Shown here piece after piece: positions 37,493 through 50,064 of a stretch of 64,000 nucleotides of DNA. The notes beneath the pieces were generated by a model, which had not been told where the DNA came from, made no database searches, and saw nothing but the letters and a program-made list of their open reading frames with translations. Positions within the stretch are counted from its first letter, which is position 1, and each line of letters starts with the position of its first letter. This DNA is from Callorhinchus milii (taxonomy: Eukaryota). The stretch is from contig NW_024704743.1 in NCBI RefSeq assembly GCF_018977255.1, positions 41,728,001-41,792,000 of the forward strand, given 5' to 3'. A program made the position numbers and the translations under genes.

Positions 37493-38293
37493 TTATGTGG
37501 TTTGCTAAAAGATGGATTCAATGTAACAGAATCAACAACAACTTGCATTTACATAGCACCCTTCACACGGGGTATATGTAGCACATATATTCAGTAATAA
37601 AGCTGTTTGACTGAAGATGTATGTCAAATAGAATTAACTCTAAAGATGGGGTGTGAAGAATTGGGAAGGAAAAAGCAGGGTTTGTTAGTGTTTAGACATG
37701 TCATTTGCATTTATGTTAGGTGGAAGTACCTTCTGTTACTTTTGTGGAATACAGTACACACAACCTAACCTGCTCATCAAGTAGGAATGTAGCAATACAG
37801 AAAAAAAGTACAAAAATATTAATTCTATACCATTTAAATCTCTCAAAATGTGCAACTAATTTCATCACCAAATAGCTATCTTATTCCCTATTGAATACAC
37901 TGACACAATCTGCCATCAGACATGGGATCAGGTGTTCTGGGACATTATTGATAGCTTATTAATTGAACATATTTACCAAATATGTTCACTTTTTGTTCAT
38001 TTTCTCTCGGAAGAGTTTGTGCCTCTGTTAAATATTTTGAATCGGGTTTAATGATTTATTCCCAATAAGTTTTTGAATACTGCAACAAGATCACCTCTGA
38101 AACTTGTTTTTTCCATTGTGAATGTTCCCAGCTTCTCCTCATAACTTATAATAATAATAATAATCCTTGCATTTGATATAGCACCTTATCATGTCTTCGA
38201 GATGTCTCAAAGCACCTCATAGAATATACCATAAATTGAAATGACTGAATATTTTGTGGGCAAAACCCAGCAGCCAATTGCGCACAGCAGTGT

Positions 38294-39010
38294 CCCTGAA
38301 CTGTCCTTTCTCCCCCACATCCATGCCATGACCGGCACTGCCTACCACCACCTCCGCAACATTGCCAGACTCCGCCACTGCTGCCGAAACCCTCACCCAC
38401 ATATTTGTCACATCAAGGCTTGATTACAGGAACTCCCTCCCCATCGGCCTTGCCAACTCTTCGCTTCACAAGCTGCAGATCATCCAAAACTCTGCAGCTC
38501 GTGTGCTCACTCACCAGGTTCCACGACCCCATCACTCTCACCCTCGTCCGACTCCACTGGCTCCCCATCTCCCAGAGGACCAAGTCCAAGATCCTCATCC
38601 TCCCCTTTAAGGCCGTCCATGGCCTTGCCCCCTCCTACCTTTCTGACTTGCTGACTCCCTACCAACCTGCCCGCTCCCTCCGTTCATCGGGCTCTGGCCC
38701 TACTCCATGTCTTCTGTCCGACCCGCCCTACCTACGGTGGCCAGGCTTTCAGCCTCTCTGCCCCCACACTCTGGAACTCCATCCCATGGTCCCTTCACCT
38801 CGCTTCCTCCCTTGCCTCCTTCAAGGCCGGTCTCAAGACCCTTCTCTTCAACCGTGCCTTTGGTCTCCCTCCCAACTCTCTGCCTTCCCTCACCCCTACA
38901 CCATCCTTCCCCCATACTCGGGTCCCGACATCTGACTGTTCAGCGCTTTGGGACGTCCTCCTGACGTGAAAGGCACTCTATAAATGTAATTTTGTTGTTG
39001 TTGTTGTTGT
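38294..39010 (+). mobile_element. L2 LINE 3' fragment nested in a SINE
   Basis: PELSFLPHI...TSRLDY...LHWLPISQR...GLAPSYLSDLL; (gtt)n tail; TGTCCC at both junctions (38291-38296 and 39008-39013). Confidence 0.93.
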
Positions 39011-39122
39011 CCCACAAACAGTCGTGGATTGTGTGACCAATTTATTCTTATTTATTTTGAAGATGTTATTACTACTGGAAAAGGGATCCACCAAATCAGT
39101 TAAAAACCTAGGTAAGCAGTAA

Positions 39123-39256
39123 GGAGGTATAGAACTTGAGCAGCAGTTGCTTACCTCTCCGCAAATCAATCAAAATGGATTCCAACATTGGCTATATGAA
39201 TGCGTATTGATAAATTCTGACTCCAAGTAATGGCTTGTGGCAGCTGTCATCCCAAG
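39123..39256 (-). repeat. Unidentified 134-bp repeat module, copy 1
   Basis: Reverse complement aligns along its full length to 43945-44078. Confidence 0.85.
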
Positions 39257-42200
39257 AGATGTGTGGGGTAAGGAAACTTGCCCAAAATTTCACCCTGCTG
39301 GGAATCAAACCCAGGTTCTCTCAGATGATATAGCCATATTGTATTAAAGGCAGGAAATAGGAGCTGAGGTGAGCTGACTGCTGTTGTCACCCAGTGTAAC
39401 ATAACATGGCAAGTAATTGGCTGAAGATATTGTGGTGATATTCCTTGATATTACTTGCTGCTATAGCTTTGATTCTGTGTTGATAAAAGGATAAAGGGAT
39501 TTTCCGATTATTAGCACACATCAAACTTGCTACACTTAGCTGCCAGCACAATATTCTCACCGATATATCCATCTAAGGAGGCAGTCTGATGATAGTATGC
39601 CCTGGAGCAAGTATCTCAGCGAGTGCATCTGGTTCCACAATAATTCCCACCACATATACTGCTCATCAAGAGGTGAATGTGGCTTGTTCCTGCACTGGTA
39701 CTGCTCACAGAGCATTTGCAAGGGTCATCAACAGAAGTAATCATCCCATAGATGAAGTACTACAGTTTTGCAGAAGACATTGTACAAAGATACAACATAG
39801 GACTGCAAGTTAATCTTTTTCGAAAATAATATATATTAATTGAAGCAATTTTCACTCTTTATTTCTTCACCTCCATAGGCAATGAAAAGACGATCTGCAC
39901 TTAAGTTGAAAGTGGAGACAGGTTGTTTAACAATCTCTAACAAGTCATACAAATTCAGAGATAACTTGGCAGGGGAAAAATGCGTCCAGGCAACAATTGC
40001 ATTCTGTTGTTGAACGGCAGAGAGTAAAATTGTTATCAAAACCTTTAGAGGTTAATGAGTTGAACAAATAGACTAAATTCACATCCTCTTTTAGATTTCG
40101 ATCACATTTTTTTTCTGTGACATGTGACCTTATGTAACCTTGTGTGTATAGAATGCATTCCTTTTATTGACAAACTAGAATGTCAAGTTAGCAGCAATGA
40201 CACTAGTCTGCCCTAAAGGTTATGATTCCACAGTTTAAAATATTCATTGGAAAATATAGGTGATTTATAGTGCAATCTCAAAAGGAAGGACAAAGAAAGC
40301 CAATTTGTTTTACTGTTCTGTTAAAGTGCTGATAAATTACTTTGGAAACATGTTAATATAGTGAGATAACCTTTTTTAAATGATCCATAATGCAGTAAAT
40401 CACATGTGTAGTATACTTGACAATGTTTAGGGATGTTCAAGAAATCTCACCTAGGAGTGGATTGGAGATAATCAAATTTGGCGAGTTCAGACTCTTTAGA
40501 TCATATGCTGAGGTTCCGGGATCAATCATAAAGACAGAAGTCACTTGTTTCTAGTATTCCAATATTTCCCATGTCCAGAAATTAATTTGTGTGTGTTGCT
40601 TTTGTTTGTTTCACAGAGATGCAATGCTATACACCAGCTGTATCAGTTGTCACATCTTTGGTTTCCTGATTTCCTCTGCGGATCAGACTGTTTTGTTAAG
40701 TCAAACTGCAATACGAGCTCTGACCTGCTTCCCCTCCCATGCTAATACAAGTACTGTGAAACTTCTCATTTTGATCACACGTGCGTATGAAGGATCTAAC
40801 TTTTCACAGAACCAGCAGGATTCTAATTTAAACAGGATCTGAACCCTAATTAAACACTCTGCCATAATTAAATCAAATCCGGTAAGGACCCTTGTTTAAA
40901 ACCTGCAATTTGATAAGAGCTGGCACAGGGTCAATTCTTTATGGCATGATAATTTTAAAAATAAAAGGTGCAACCTTCGAGAATACCATGTGTCTGTCTA
41001 AGATGCAATTCCAAAAAAAACACCTGTGTTGAAGAGACAACAGGAGGAACAATGTAGATGTGGCAACACATGCACTACATTATCCTTATCTCAGGTTCAT
41101 GTACCAGAATCATGATGAGAGGGAGCAAAAATTCTGATCATCTGCCTCAGCTATCTCATAACAAGACTCTGTGTGGTATCTGTGTAGATTTGCAGTTCTA
41201 TTTCCATCCTCATCCTCAGTAGTTCAGTAGCACACCATTTATAATGATCGTAGCCCTGAAAAATCTTGCTGATATCAACAGTAAAGGTCATCAATATCAC
41301 AGTACAGCAGTATATCATGATATCCCTAATTGCGATTGAGTACAGCACATGAAATATCAGCCTGTCAAGTTGCTTGTCAAGTCAAGTAGGAACCATCCTA
41401 CAAGTGTCTGGGACTTGATGAACTGCATGTTCTAGCACACATTTTGAAAGCTTCTGTGTCAAAGGATATATCTTGCTGAGCTTGAGGCACATGATTCAAT
41501 TTTTTTAAGTGTCATTGGCCCAGTTGTTTAACTCACTTGTTATTGACATATTGCCCATTTCCGTTGCCGGACTGTTGCCATGAATATCCTCCAAGTCAAA
41601 CAAATTTAATGCAACAAATAGAAATATATGTTTTTTTAGTGCAAGATTCCAATTTATATGAGGTATGTATTGTAAAACATCTGTACTTTCATATACTTTA
41701 CCTTTTCTTAAGGGAGGAAATATTTAAAGGTTTAGGGAAAAGCTAAATTTATTATTGTTGATAATGTGACAGCTACTCTCTTGCATTCTCTGTCAGATCA
41801 TGTCATGTCAACTTTGCTTTCAAACTCTCTCGAAGTAATGTGTATATTTTAATGAAACATTCATGATTTCACAATGATTCCATTTCTATCTGTTCCATCA
41901 ACTGCCAAAATGCAAAATCTGAGCATAATCTGATTGAAGTCAATATTTACTTAACAGGAATTTGCAGCCAAATATAATGATTTAGCATCACAAATAAAAT
42001 TGATAAGTGCCAAATAATTTTGTATTCATTAACTAGAATACATTCAAGTCACATATATTGAGATTAAAAAAACTCTGATCTTTTGTAACAGATTTAATAT
42101 TCACTGAATAATGTCAGCAAATCTTTTATACATTTTTTTGTTTTTTCATCTATTCTTAAAAATCAGCACTAGTATGATACCCCCACCCCTCTACCTCCTC

Positions 42201-42692
42201 ACATTTCAGATCTACAATTGAAGTGGTTAAATTAAATCTACAATTGAAGTGTACCATTAAGATCATTGTGTCAAAGCTGGAGGTAAAATCTTCATTCACT
42301 CCCTTCTGACTTTGGCATATTGGAAGATTTCAGCAGCTACCATTCTTGCTTTTTATTGCCAATGGTGCACTTTAGTACTGCTTCATGAATTACCAGTTTA
42401 GCTCAATCATTATCCTATAAAGAAGTAGTAAAATGTCACCTCCAGCTTCCAGGACAAGAAACGCGGATTCCAAATTGGACTCTGAAATGCGACAATTAAA
42501 ATTTTGGAAGTGACTTTAACCATAATTGTGTTGAAGTTAGGATGTCAGAAGTTTCACATTCTGCCCAGTATTTAGGAAGAGATTGAAAAATGGGAGAATT
42601 ATTATATCTGCCATAAATTTAAATTCCATAATGTGTTAGTTTATGATTCAGAACGTGGACTGAGCTGATAGCCCATAGCTTAATTAATTACT

Positions 42693-42950
42693 AATAAATA
42701 TAATAATACTTACATTGGTATAGAGCCGTTCATGTCAGGAGGACATCCCAAAGCACTTCACAGCATATATTGTAAAGTGGAGTGATCGTGTGCTTTGTGG
42801 GATAACACAGTATCCAAGCTGTGCACAGCAATGTCCCACAAACAACCATGAAGGGTGTGACCAATTGTATTCGGGAGATTGTTGTTCATGATATTTGGAG
42901 AAATTTCCTTCTCTTTTTGAATAGTGCCATGGGATCTTTAACACTGACCT
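42693..42950 (-). mobile_element. SINE family A, 3' half
   Basis: Reverse tail, gcacagcaatgtcccacaaac, gaatagtgccatgggatctttaaca. Confidence 0.82.
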
Positions 42951-43944
42951 TAAAAGCCCATGAATACGTGATTAGGCCCTGATCATGTTCCTCCTTTTAT
43001 GCTTGGCTTCTCAAGCTCCTCTGCTTTTGTGAACAGAATTACAAGTACATATATTATAATTTTCATTTATTAAGTACAACCACAAAATCAACTTGTATTT
43101 TATATTGTGCCCTTCACTCATCTCAGAGCACTTAAAGACAAGTATATAGCTTGCATTTTCAGTGTTTTCCATGCTGTCTGCTGATGGAGTATTCTTGTAT
43201 TTTTGTGATTCCTTAGAGAAAGCCGTATGGAGGATAGAGTAACAAATGTCAAGTCCAGCTGTCACTCATTGGTACACTGCTGACTTTCCTCCCCAGTGGC
43301 AACTGTTCAGTGACTGGCCCCTGCCAACAGATTCCTTGTCCTCCTGTACGGTATCACTGTCCTCCAAGATTGCCAAGCTTGCGTGAATTGATGAACTGAA
43401 GTTGGACAAAAATGACTCTTCTTTGGAGGCAAGGAAAAAGCATGTAGCTTTCAAACACACTAGCACTGAACCTAGAGAAAACATGATGCAGAACCTTGGC
43501 AAGCAGAAACGATTCCAGAAACTGCTCTCATTACATCAAGGAATGCAGAGAACTATTAAACTGAAACAAAAATGCTACATATTAAGTATGTTTAAATAAC
43601 TGCCTTGGATGAATCCCCCCAGCCCCACAGCAATTGGCAATTAGCTGGTTTAGACATTTAGACATATAAATGACTTTTACTTTAATAACCAGCTGACATT
43701 AAATGTAAATTAAACATTGATACTGAGGATAAAGTTAAAAATCATTATTTATAGTGATCTTCACCACAATCTGACACAGTAAAATGAGGCTAAGCAGCTG
43801 GTGCTGAGCAAAACTAATATATATGATTGCACTTGAACGTCAAGAACATCAAGGTGGCTGGCACATTACAAGCTGTCCTATAAAGGTCATCCTACCGCAC
43901 TAAAAGCGATGTCCATCAGATAGGTGGATGAGAAAACTCAGCGG

Positions 43945-44078
43945 CTTGGTATGACAGCTGCCAGGAGACATTACCTGGAGTCCGAATTTATGAACACACA
44001 TTCATATAGCAAGTGTTGGAATCCATCTTGATTGATCTGCAGAGAGATAAGCAACTGCTGCTCAAGCTCTGTACCTCC
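43945..44078 (+). repeat. Unidentified 134-bp repeat module, copy 2
   Basis: cttggtatgacagctgcc...tgttggaatccat...agcaactgctgctcaag...tacctcc. Confidence 0.85.
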
Positions 44079-44117
44079 AATTAGTGGAACCATTGCTCAA
44101 TGGGAGTGGATGGATTC

Positions 44118-44664
44118 CGTCTGGATTTCTCAAACACACTCCTCGCCAGTCTCCCCACCTGCACTATTCAAAAGATCCAGCTCATTCATAACTCTCCCGC
44201 CCGCATACTTACCAGGAGCAAACTTCGTACCCCCATCTCACCAGTTCTGGCCAGGCTCCACTGGCTCCACATCATCGAATGGATCGACTTAAAGATCCTC
44301 ACACACGTGTTCAAATCCCTTCACGTTCTGGATCCTCCCTACCTCCCCAACCTCCTCACTCTCCACTCCACCACCCAGCACCTCCACTCGACTGGCACCA
44401 GCCTCCTGCTCGTCCCTCGCACCCTCCGCTCCACCCATCAGAGGTTGCACTTTTAGCCACTACACCCCAAAACTCTGGAACACTCTCCCTCAATCCCTCC
44501 GCCTTGCCCCCTCTCTCCCCTTTTTCAAATCCCCCCTGAAAATCTTCCTCTTCAACCGTGCTTACAGCCACTTCCTAGTCAGGCTTCATCACTGTTAAGC
44601 GCTTTCAAGAGCTAGCCCTCGATGGAGGGGGCTATACAAGTGCAAGTTGTTGTTGTTGTTGTTG
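44118..44664 (+). mobile_element. L2 LINE 3' fragment (same subfamily as 15563)
   Basis: RLDFSNTLLASLP...ISPVLARLHWLHIIEWIDLKILTHVFKSLH; gtgcaag(ttg)n tail. Confidence 0.92.
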
Positions 44665-44792
44665 TATGTGTGTCCAATGGGCAGAAAGATGTGGTAATGC
44701 TCGCACACATTAAACACTGAGATGTACAAATCATCAGAAAGCTTGCAGGACAATCCTGGTGTTTACCATCCACCTAATGAGAAAAGAAAATC

Positions 44793-45794
44793 ACCACCGA
44801 TGTCCTGACAGCCTGCCTGTCCGACATCGAGTCCTGGACGAGAGACAACTTTCTTCAGCTCAACGTGCGAAAAACCGAGGCCCTCCTGATTGGCTCACGT
44901 CAGCGCCTCCGCACCTCAGGCGCTGACACCATCAGCATCCAAGGCTGCACTCTCCACCTCTCAAAGCCAGTCAGGAACCTCGGCGTTTTGTTCGACCCTG
45001 AGCTGTCCTTTCTCCCTCACATCCGCACCACAACTGGCACCGCCTTCCATCACCTCCGGAATATCGCCAGATTACGGCACTACCTCACCCCTCACGCTGC
45101 TGAAACCCTGGTTCACGCCTTTGTCACCTCAAGGCTGGACTATGGGAACTCTCTCCTCGCCGGCCTTCCCGCCACCTCCCTCCACAAGCTGCAGGTCATT
45201 CAGAACTCTGCAGCTCGTGTACTGTCCCGCACCAGGCTTCGCGATCACATCACTCCCACCCTCGCTCGCCTCCACTGGCTCCCCATCCCCCAGAGGATTG
45301 ATTTCAAGATCCTCATCCTCACCTACAAGGCCATTCACGGCCTTGCTCCCTCCTACCTCTCCAACCTACTATCCCCCTACCTACCTGCCCGTACCCTCCG
45401 TTCCTCTGGCTCCGGTCTGCTCCACGTCCCCCGCCCCAACCGCCCTACTATCGGTGGTCGGGCCTTCAGCCTCTCAGCCCCCAGGCTCTGGAACTCCATC
45501 CCCCAGTGCCTTCGCCTTGCTTCCTCCCTTTCCTCCTTCAAGGCCGGTCTCAAAACCTTTCTCTTTGACCGTGCCTTCAGCTCCCCTCTCGACTCTCTTC
45601 CTCCTCCTCGCTCCCTCCCTTCCCTCCCCTCACCCTGACCATTTCCCCCCTCCTCTCTCCCTCCCTTCCCTCCCCTCACCCTGACCATTTCCCCCCTGCT
45701 CGGGTCATGACCCAACTGTGCAGCGCCTTGGGACGTCCTCCTGACGTGAAAGGCGCTCTATAAGTGGAATCTTGTTGTTGTTGTTGTTGTTGTT
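44793..45794 (+). mobile_element. Young 5'-truncated L2 LINE; ORF2 C-terminus open from 44793 to 45638
   Basis: [27 protein letters not shown]...RNLGVLFD...HAFVTSRLDYGNSLL...LHWLPIPQRIDFKIL...GRAFSLSAPRLWNSIP with no stops; L2 tail and (gtt)n. Confidence 0.96.
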
Positions 45795-48483
45795 TAATGC
45801 ATGCAATACATAATGTAAAAAAAATTTCAATATACCTTCAAGTAGAATAAGATTGTCAACTCCATTCTTATCGGGACCTCAAAGCTCAGCTAGTTACATT
45901 TTCTGAAGTAAAAGACAACTAGTTTCTCCAAGAATGCATTGCATTAAGGCAGAGCATACCAGTCTTTTGTTCGATTTGTCATTCAAATTTTGCCAGAATT
46001 TGCTTACATGAGGTAAAATGTATGACTGAACCAGTAATAGGGTAAGGTACATATTGTTAAAAGGGACTTTTATTTAACTGTAGATTGGGCATGAAAATAA
46101 AGTTAGAGCAAAGGTTCAGCATCCAGTATTACTATGTATTCCCACAACACTCTTAAGCATCAATCCAAATATAAGTGTGAATAAAACACATACTCATATT
46201 TTGAAAATAAACAAAAGGCATGGAATCCAATTAGAATGGATAAAATTGTAATCTTATTCTTGGTTTAGGATCAGACATGATTTTTTGTGAATTTTCTCTT
46301 GCACTTAACTTTAACATAATTTTAGGAAGAAAAGCAGAAGAGAACAATTTCATATGTGGATGTGTACACTTAATCAGAGCGAACAGAAATTTTGATTTAA
46401 TATAAATCCTCCACATCAATTTATGGATCAGAAGCTAGATAAGAAATGCACACTGAGTAAGACTATGAGAAAGACACTTCAATATGCAAGGCGTGTAAGG
46501 CATCGCTGATCAGAAAGAGAATCTGACAAAAATAACATGTAATTTACCAGGGAAAGGATCAACCTATAACCAAAGACATGCATTTCACTGAAATTATGCA
46601 TTTTTCTGGACAATATCCAAAATTCACAAAAGGCAAGGAAGAAATGGAATGGGAGAGGAAATTATAAATACAAGATGAGTTTCAGTACCAAAGAAAGCTA
46701 TCAATAAAAGTTTGGGTGAAGTTTGTAATTTTTCACAACCCAATTCCTTGTGATAATTCTCACAAGTAATGCATTATGAAACACTGCAAATGTCTCCGCT
46801 TTGATAATTAACTCCAGTTGCACTCTCACATGCCTGTCGTAATTAGCACCTCACAGATCACACCTTGTAACACACTTATGTTTGAGTAGTATCAACATTT
46901 GAAAACTAATGACAGAACAATTTAGGATTCTACATATCATTTCCCCCAGATAGAATTTGTATGCTTTATAATTACCCATCTGTAAGTTTAATTTAGACTT
47001 CAATGCAAAACACTACAGCAGCAAAGTGGGGCAAGTATAAAGCAGCCCCAGAAAATAATATTGACAGGCCCTTAAGTGCCTTCCTGTAGGTTTAATGCCA
47101 AGGTTAAATCAACTCAGGTTATCAAAACAGATTACTAAAATTACAATTGACCAAATCTGTCCCCTGCCAATTACAAAATCTAAAATTGTGAGCTGCAGGA
47201 ATGATTCTATGAAACTCTAGGGTGATAAAGAACATATGGCTTATGGTACTCAATTCAATCATTTTCCAGACATTGAGTCATTCCAAGAACTATCAAACTA
47301 ACTGTATTTTTATTAGGTTTAGAGATATTGGAGAGGGACTCCAAACAAAATCACTAGAAAATTGGAAGTTAGATGGAAAATAGATTTGTCCATTTTTCTA
47401 CAGTTTGAATTGTCTCTCCCATGTTAAACTGGGTTGTCCGTCCACATTCTTGAAATCTGAAAATGTTGCTATTTATCAGTGGGGAGATCCAATCCGATTA
47501 GGATTCGACTTAACCATTCATCGACCAGTTGTAGAATCTAGAATTACATAGTAGAGGTTAATTCTTAGTGTACCACAAACCAGCTTACACATCTTCTTTG
47601 ACCAACACAACACAACACAGCATGTAAATATTGAACAGTCAGAAAGGCTACTGCTCAGTCTGTAAAATGTATTCAGAAAGATATTATCCTTCTTTCTCAT
47701 CCCCAGAGATGAACTTTAATAGAAAATCAAAACAACTTCTTTCAAACAGTAATGGTAAAACAACTGGATAACATTTAATTTACAATAAAAAACATTTTGG
47801 TGTTAGATGAAATTATGTAGATTAATGATTACAGTTCAATCACATGAAATGTATCACACCAACTCTGATCATCCTTCCTTTGCATTCAACAGAATTTACT
47901 CTGTTAAATACTTAATATTCGATCAACATTCTTTTCCTAGTCTGCGACAGCAATAATAATAACAACAAATTGCATTTATATAGCATCTTTCATGTCTGGA
48001 TGACTCCCAAGGCATTGGACAGTCAGGGGTTTGTCACAAACTTTAAAGACTGCAATATTTGTTTGGTATATTCTCAATTAATTAACAGTGGCATTTCTAT
48101 TTGCCATAATGTAATAACAATCACAATGAAACTCAGCTTAACATAATGTAATAAGGTACTAGAAAAAATAAAGATGCTTGTGCATCAACTTTTTTTTAAT
48201 TATTAGTGATGTGTCTTGATGCTTTGGGAGATCATTTGGGATTGTTGTTGATAATAAAATGAAATTTAGTCCAGTATATCTATTAAGTCAGGTAGAGCCA
48301 TTTTCACTGACAAAGTTGTCCCTTAATAAGAATGTGCTGAATTTTCATGCTTGATTTTCAGATTCCTAACTTTTACATGCCTGATTATTATTTAGGCACT
48401 AAACTGCAGTAAGTCAACTCTTGTCTTAATACCACATCAGTAACTATCTAATTTTTTCCAGCACCCACTAGTGATTCAGTACC

Positions 48484-48650
48484 AATAATAATAATCTTTG
48501 TATTTGATATAGCACCATTCATTTTGGGAGGGCATCTAAAACACGTCTTAGAACATATTGTAACATGTAGTATATGCGGTAGGCAAATACGGCACTTAAT
48601 TTGCACACAGCAATGTCCCACAAACAGCCATGGAGTGAATGACTAATTTT
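48484..48650 (-). mobile_element. SINE 3' fragment
   Basis: aataataataatctttgtatttgatatagc...cacagcaatgtcccacaaacagcc. Confidence 0.78.
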
Positions 48651-48865
48651 CATCAGACGTGATATAAAAGTGATATCGATAAAGAGGTGAAAAGAGGCAA
48701 ATATGAAAAAAAGTTTCACATCATGAAAGAATGAAATGAGGAAGAGAGACTATAATAATGAAAATAAAGAATATGTAGGAAAAAATAAGAAACAATTAGA
48801 ATAAGAAAGAAAGGAACAGCTTCAGCAGAACTTACCAGCTTCTACTATTATTTTGGCTCAGCTTT

Positions 48866-49171
48866 ACAACAACAACAACAACAAGATTCCATTTACTGAG
48901 CGCCTTTCACGTCGGGAGGACATCCCAAGGCGCTGTACAGTTGGGTCAGGACCTGAGCAGTGGGGGAAATGGTCAGGGTGATGGGAGGGAAGGGAGGGAG
49001 CGAGGAGGGGGTAGAGAGTCGAGAGGGGAGCTGAAGGCACAGTCAAAGAGAAAGGTCTTGAGACCGGCCTTGAAGGAGGAAAGGGAGGAGGCGGCGAAGG
49101 CACTGGGGGATAGAGTTCCAGAGCCTCGGGGCTGAGAGGCTGAAGGCCCGGCCACCGATGGTAGGGCGGTT
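48866..49171 (-). mobile_element. L2 3' end, same young subfamily as 44793
   Basis: Reverse complement closely matches about 45438-45794, including the 3' UTR. Confidence 0.93.
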
Positions 49172-50064
49172 ATCGCTTATCGCTTATCTTCCATATTTGT
49201 CCTATTTAGTGTTAACAGTTAAGCTTTTTCCAATTTTATTTCTCTTTTTTTTAACTGCTCTCATTTCTTTATTTCTAGTAGTGATTCAATGCATATTATT
49301 TGGTTCCCTCCTCCATTTCAGGAACTCACTGAATGGAAACACGGTGAACAAAAGGTTACTCTACTTAAATGGAAATCATGCAAACCTAAAGGGTTCATCT
49401 TGATACTTTATGTGACGAGATTGAAATGATTAGTGTTTAGATAAGGAAATTCCTACCTAAGTTGTGTATGGCTCTTAGTTTGAACGAGCATGTTAAAAAA
49501 CAATAGTGACATATTTTTTCCAATATCCTGATAGTATTCTTCTGTTTCAAAATAAATTATGCAGGAATGAAAGGATTGTTAGTATTAGATGGATTAATAA
49601 ATTATGCAAAGAATATAGATCTTATGTAACTGGGATTTAAAAGAAAGTTATTTGTTGATTTTGCTATGTTATTGAATCACGCAAAGATGGACTTTCAGCA
49701 ATAGATTCAGTGGAAACATGAAATGAAAGGCGAAGAGAGAATAGATTTATATAATAAAGAAATAAATTGAAAGTTTTCGGAAGAATTCAACACCGTGTTT
49801 TTACTGTAATATTGCAGACTCTCGTGACATTGCTGCTTTTGGTGTCCAGGCTTTGATGACTGTTTTATTATTTAAATAAGATTTGATACATTGTTAAACA
49901 TACTAGAGAAAATATTGAAAAGAGATCCTAATACTCTCTAAGATTTCTCTGACTTTTTTGTTAAATGTATGGTTTTTATTAATGTTATATATTTATCACA
50001 TAATTAATAATGTTGGATCCAGCACTTGATGTAATTTCAAGGAGTAAACAAAGGTAGAACAGGA

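Larger units (their letters stand above)
38147..39322 (-). mobile_element. SINE family B long variant, split by an L2 (38294-39010) and a 134-bp module (39123-39256)
   Basis: Tail and body 38147-38296, body resumes 39011-39119, head region 39257-39322. Confidence 0.85.

Noticed and set aside
44865..45638. 257-aa ORF as a host gene
   Set aside because: It is the C-terminal part of L2 ORF2 in a 5'-truncated copy; the overlapping 264-aa Ser/Pro-rich ORF is an alternative frame of the same C-rich sequence
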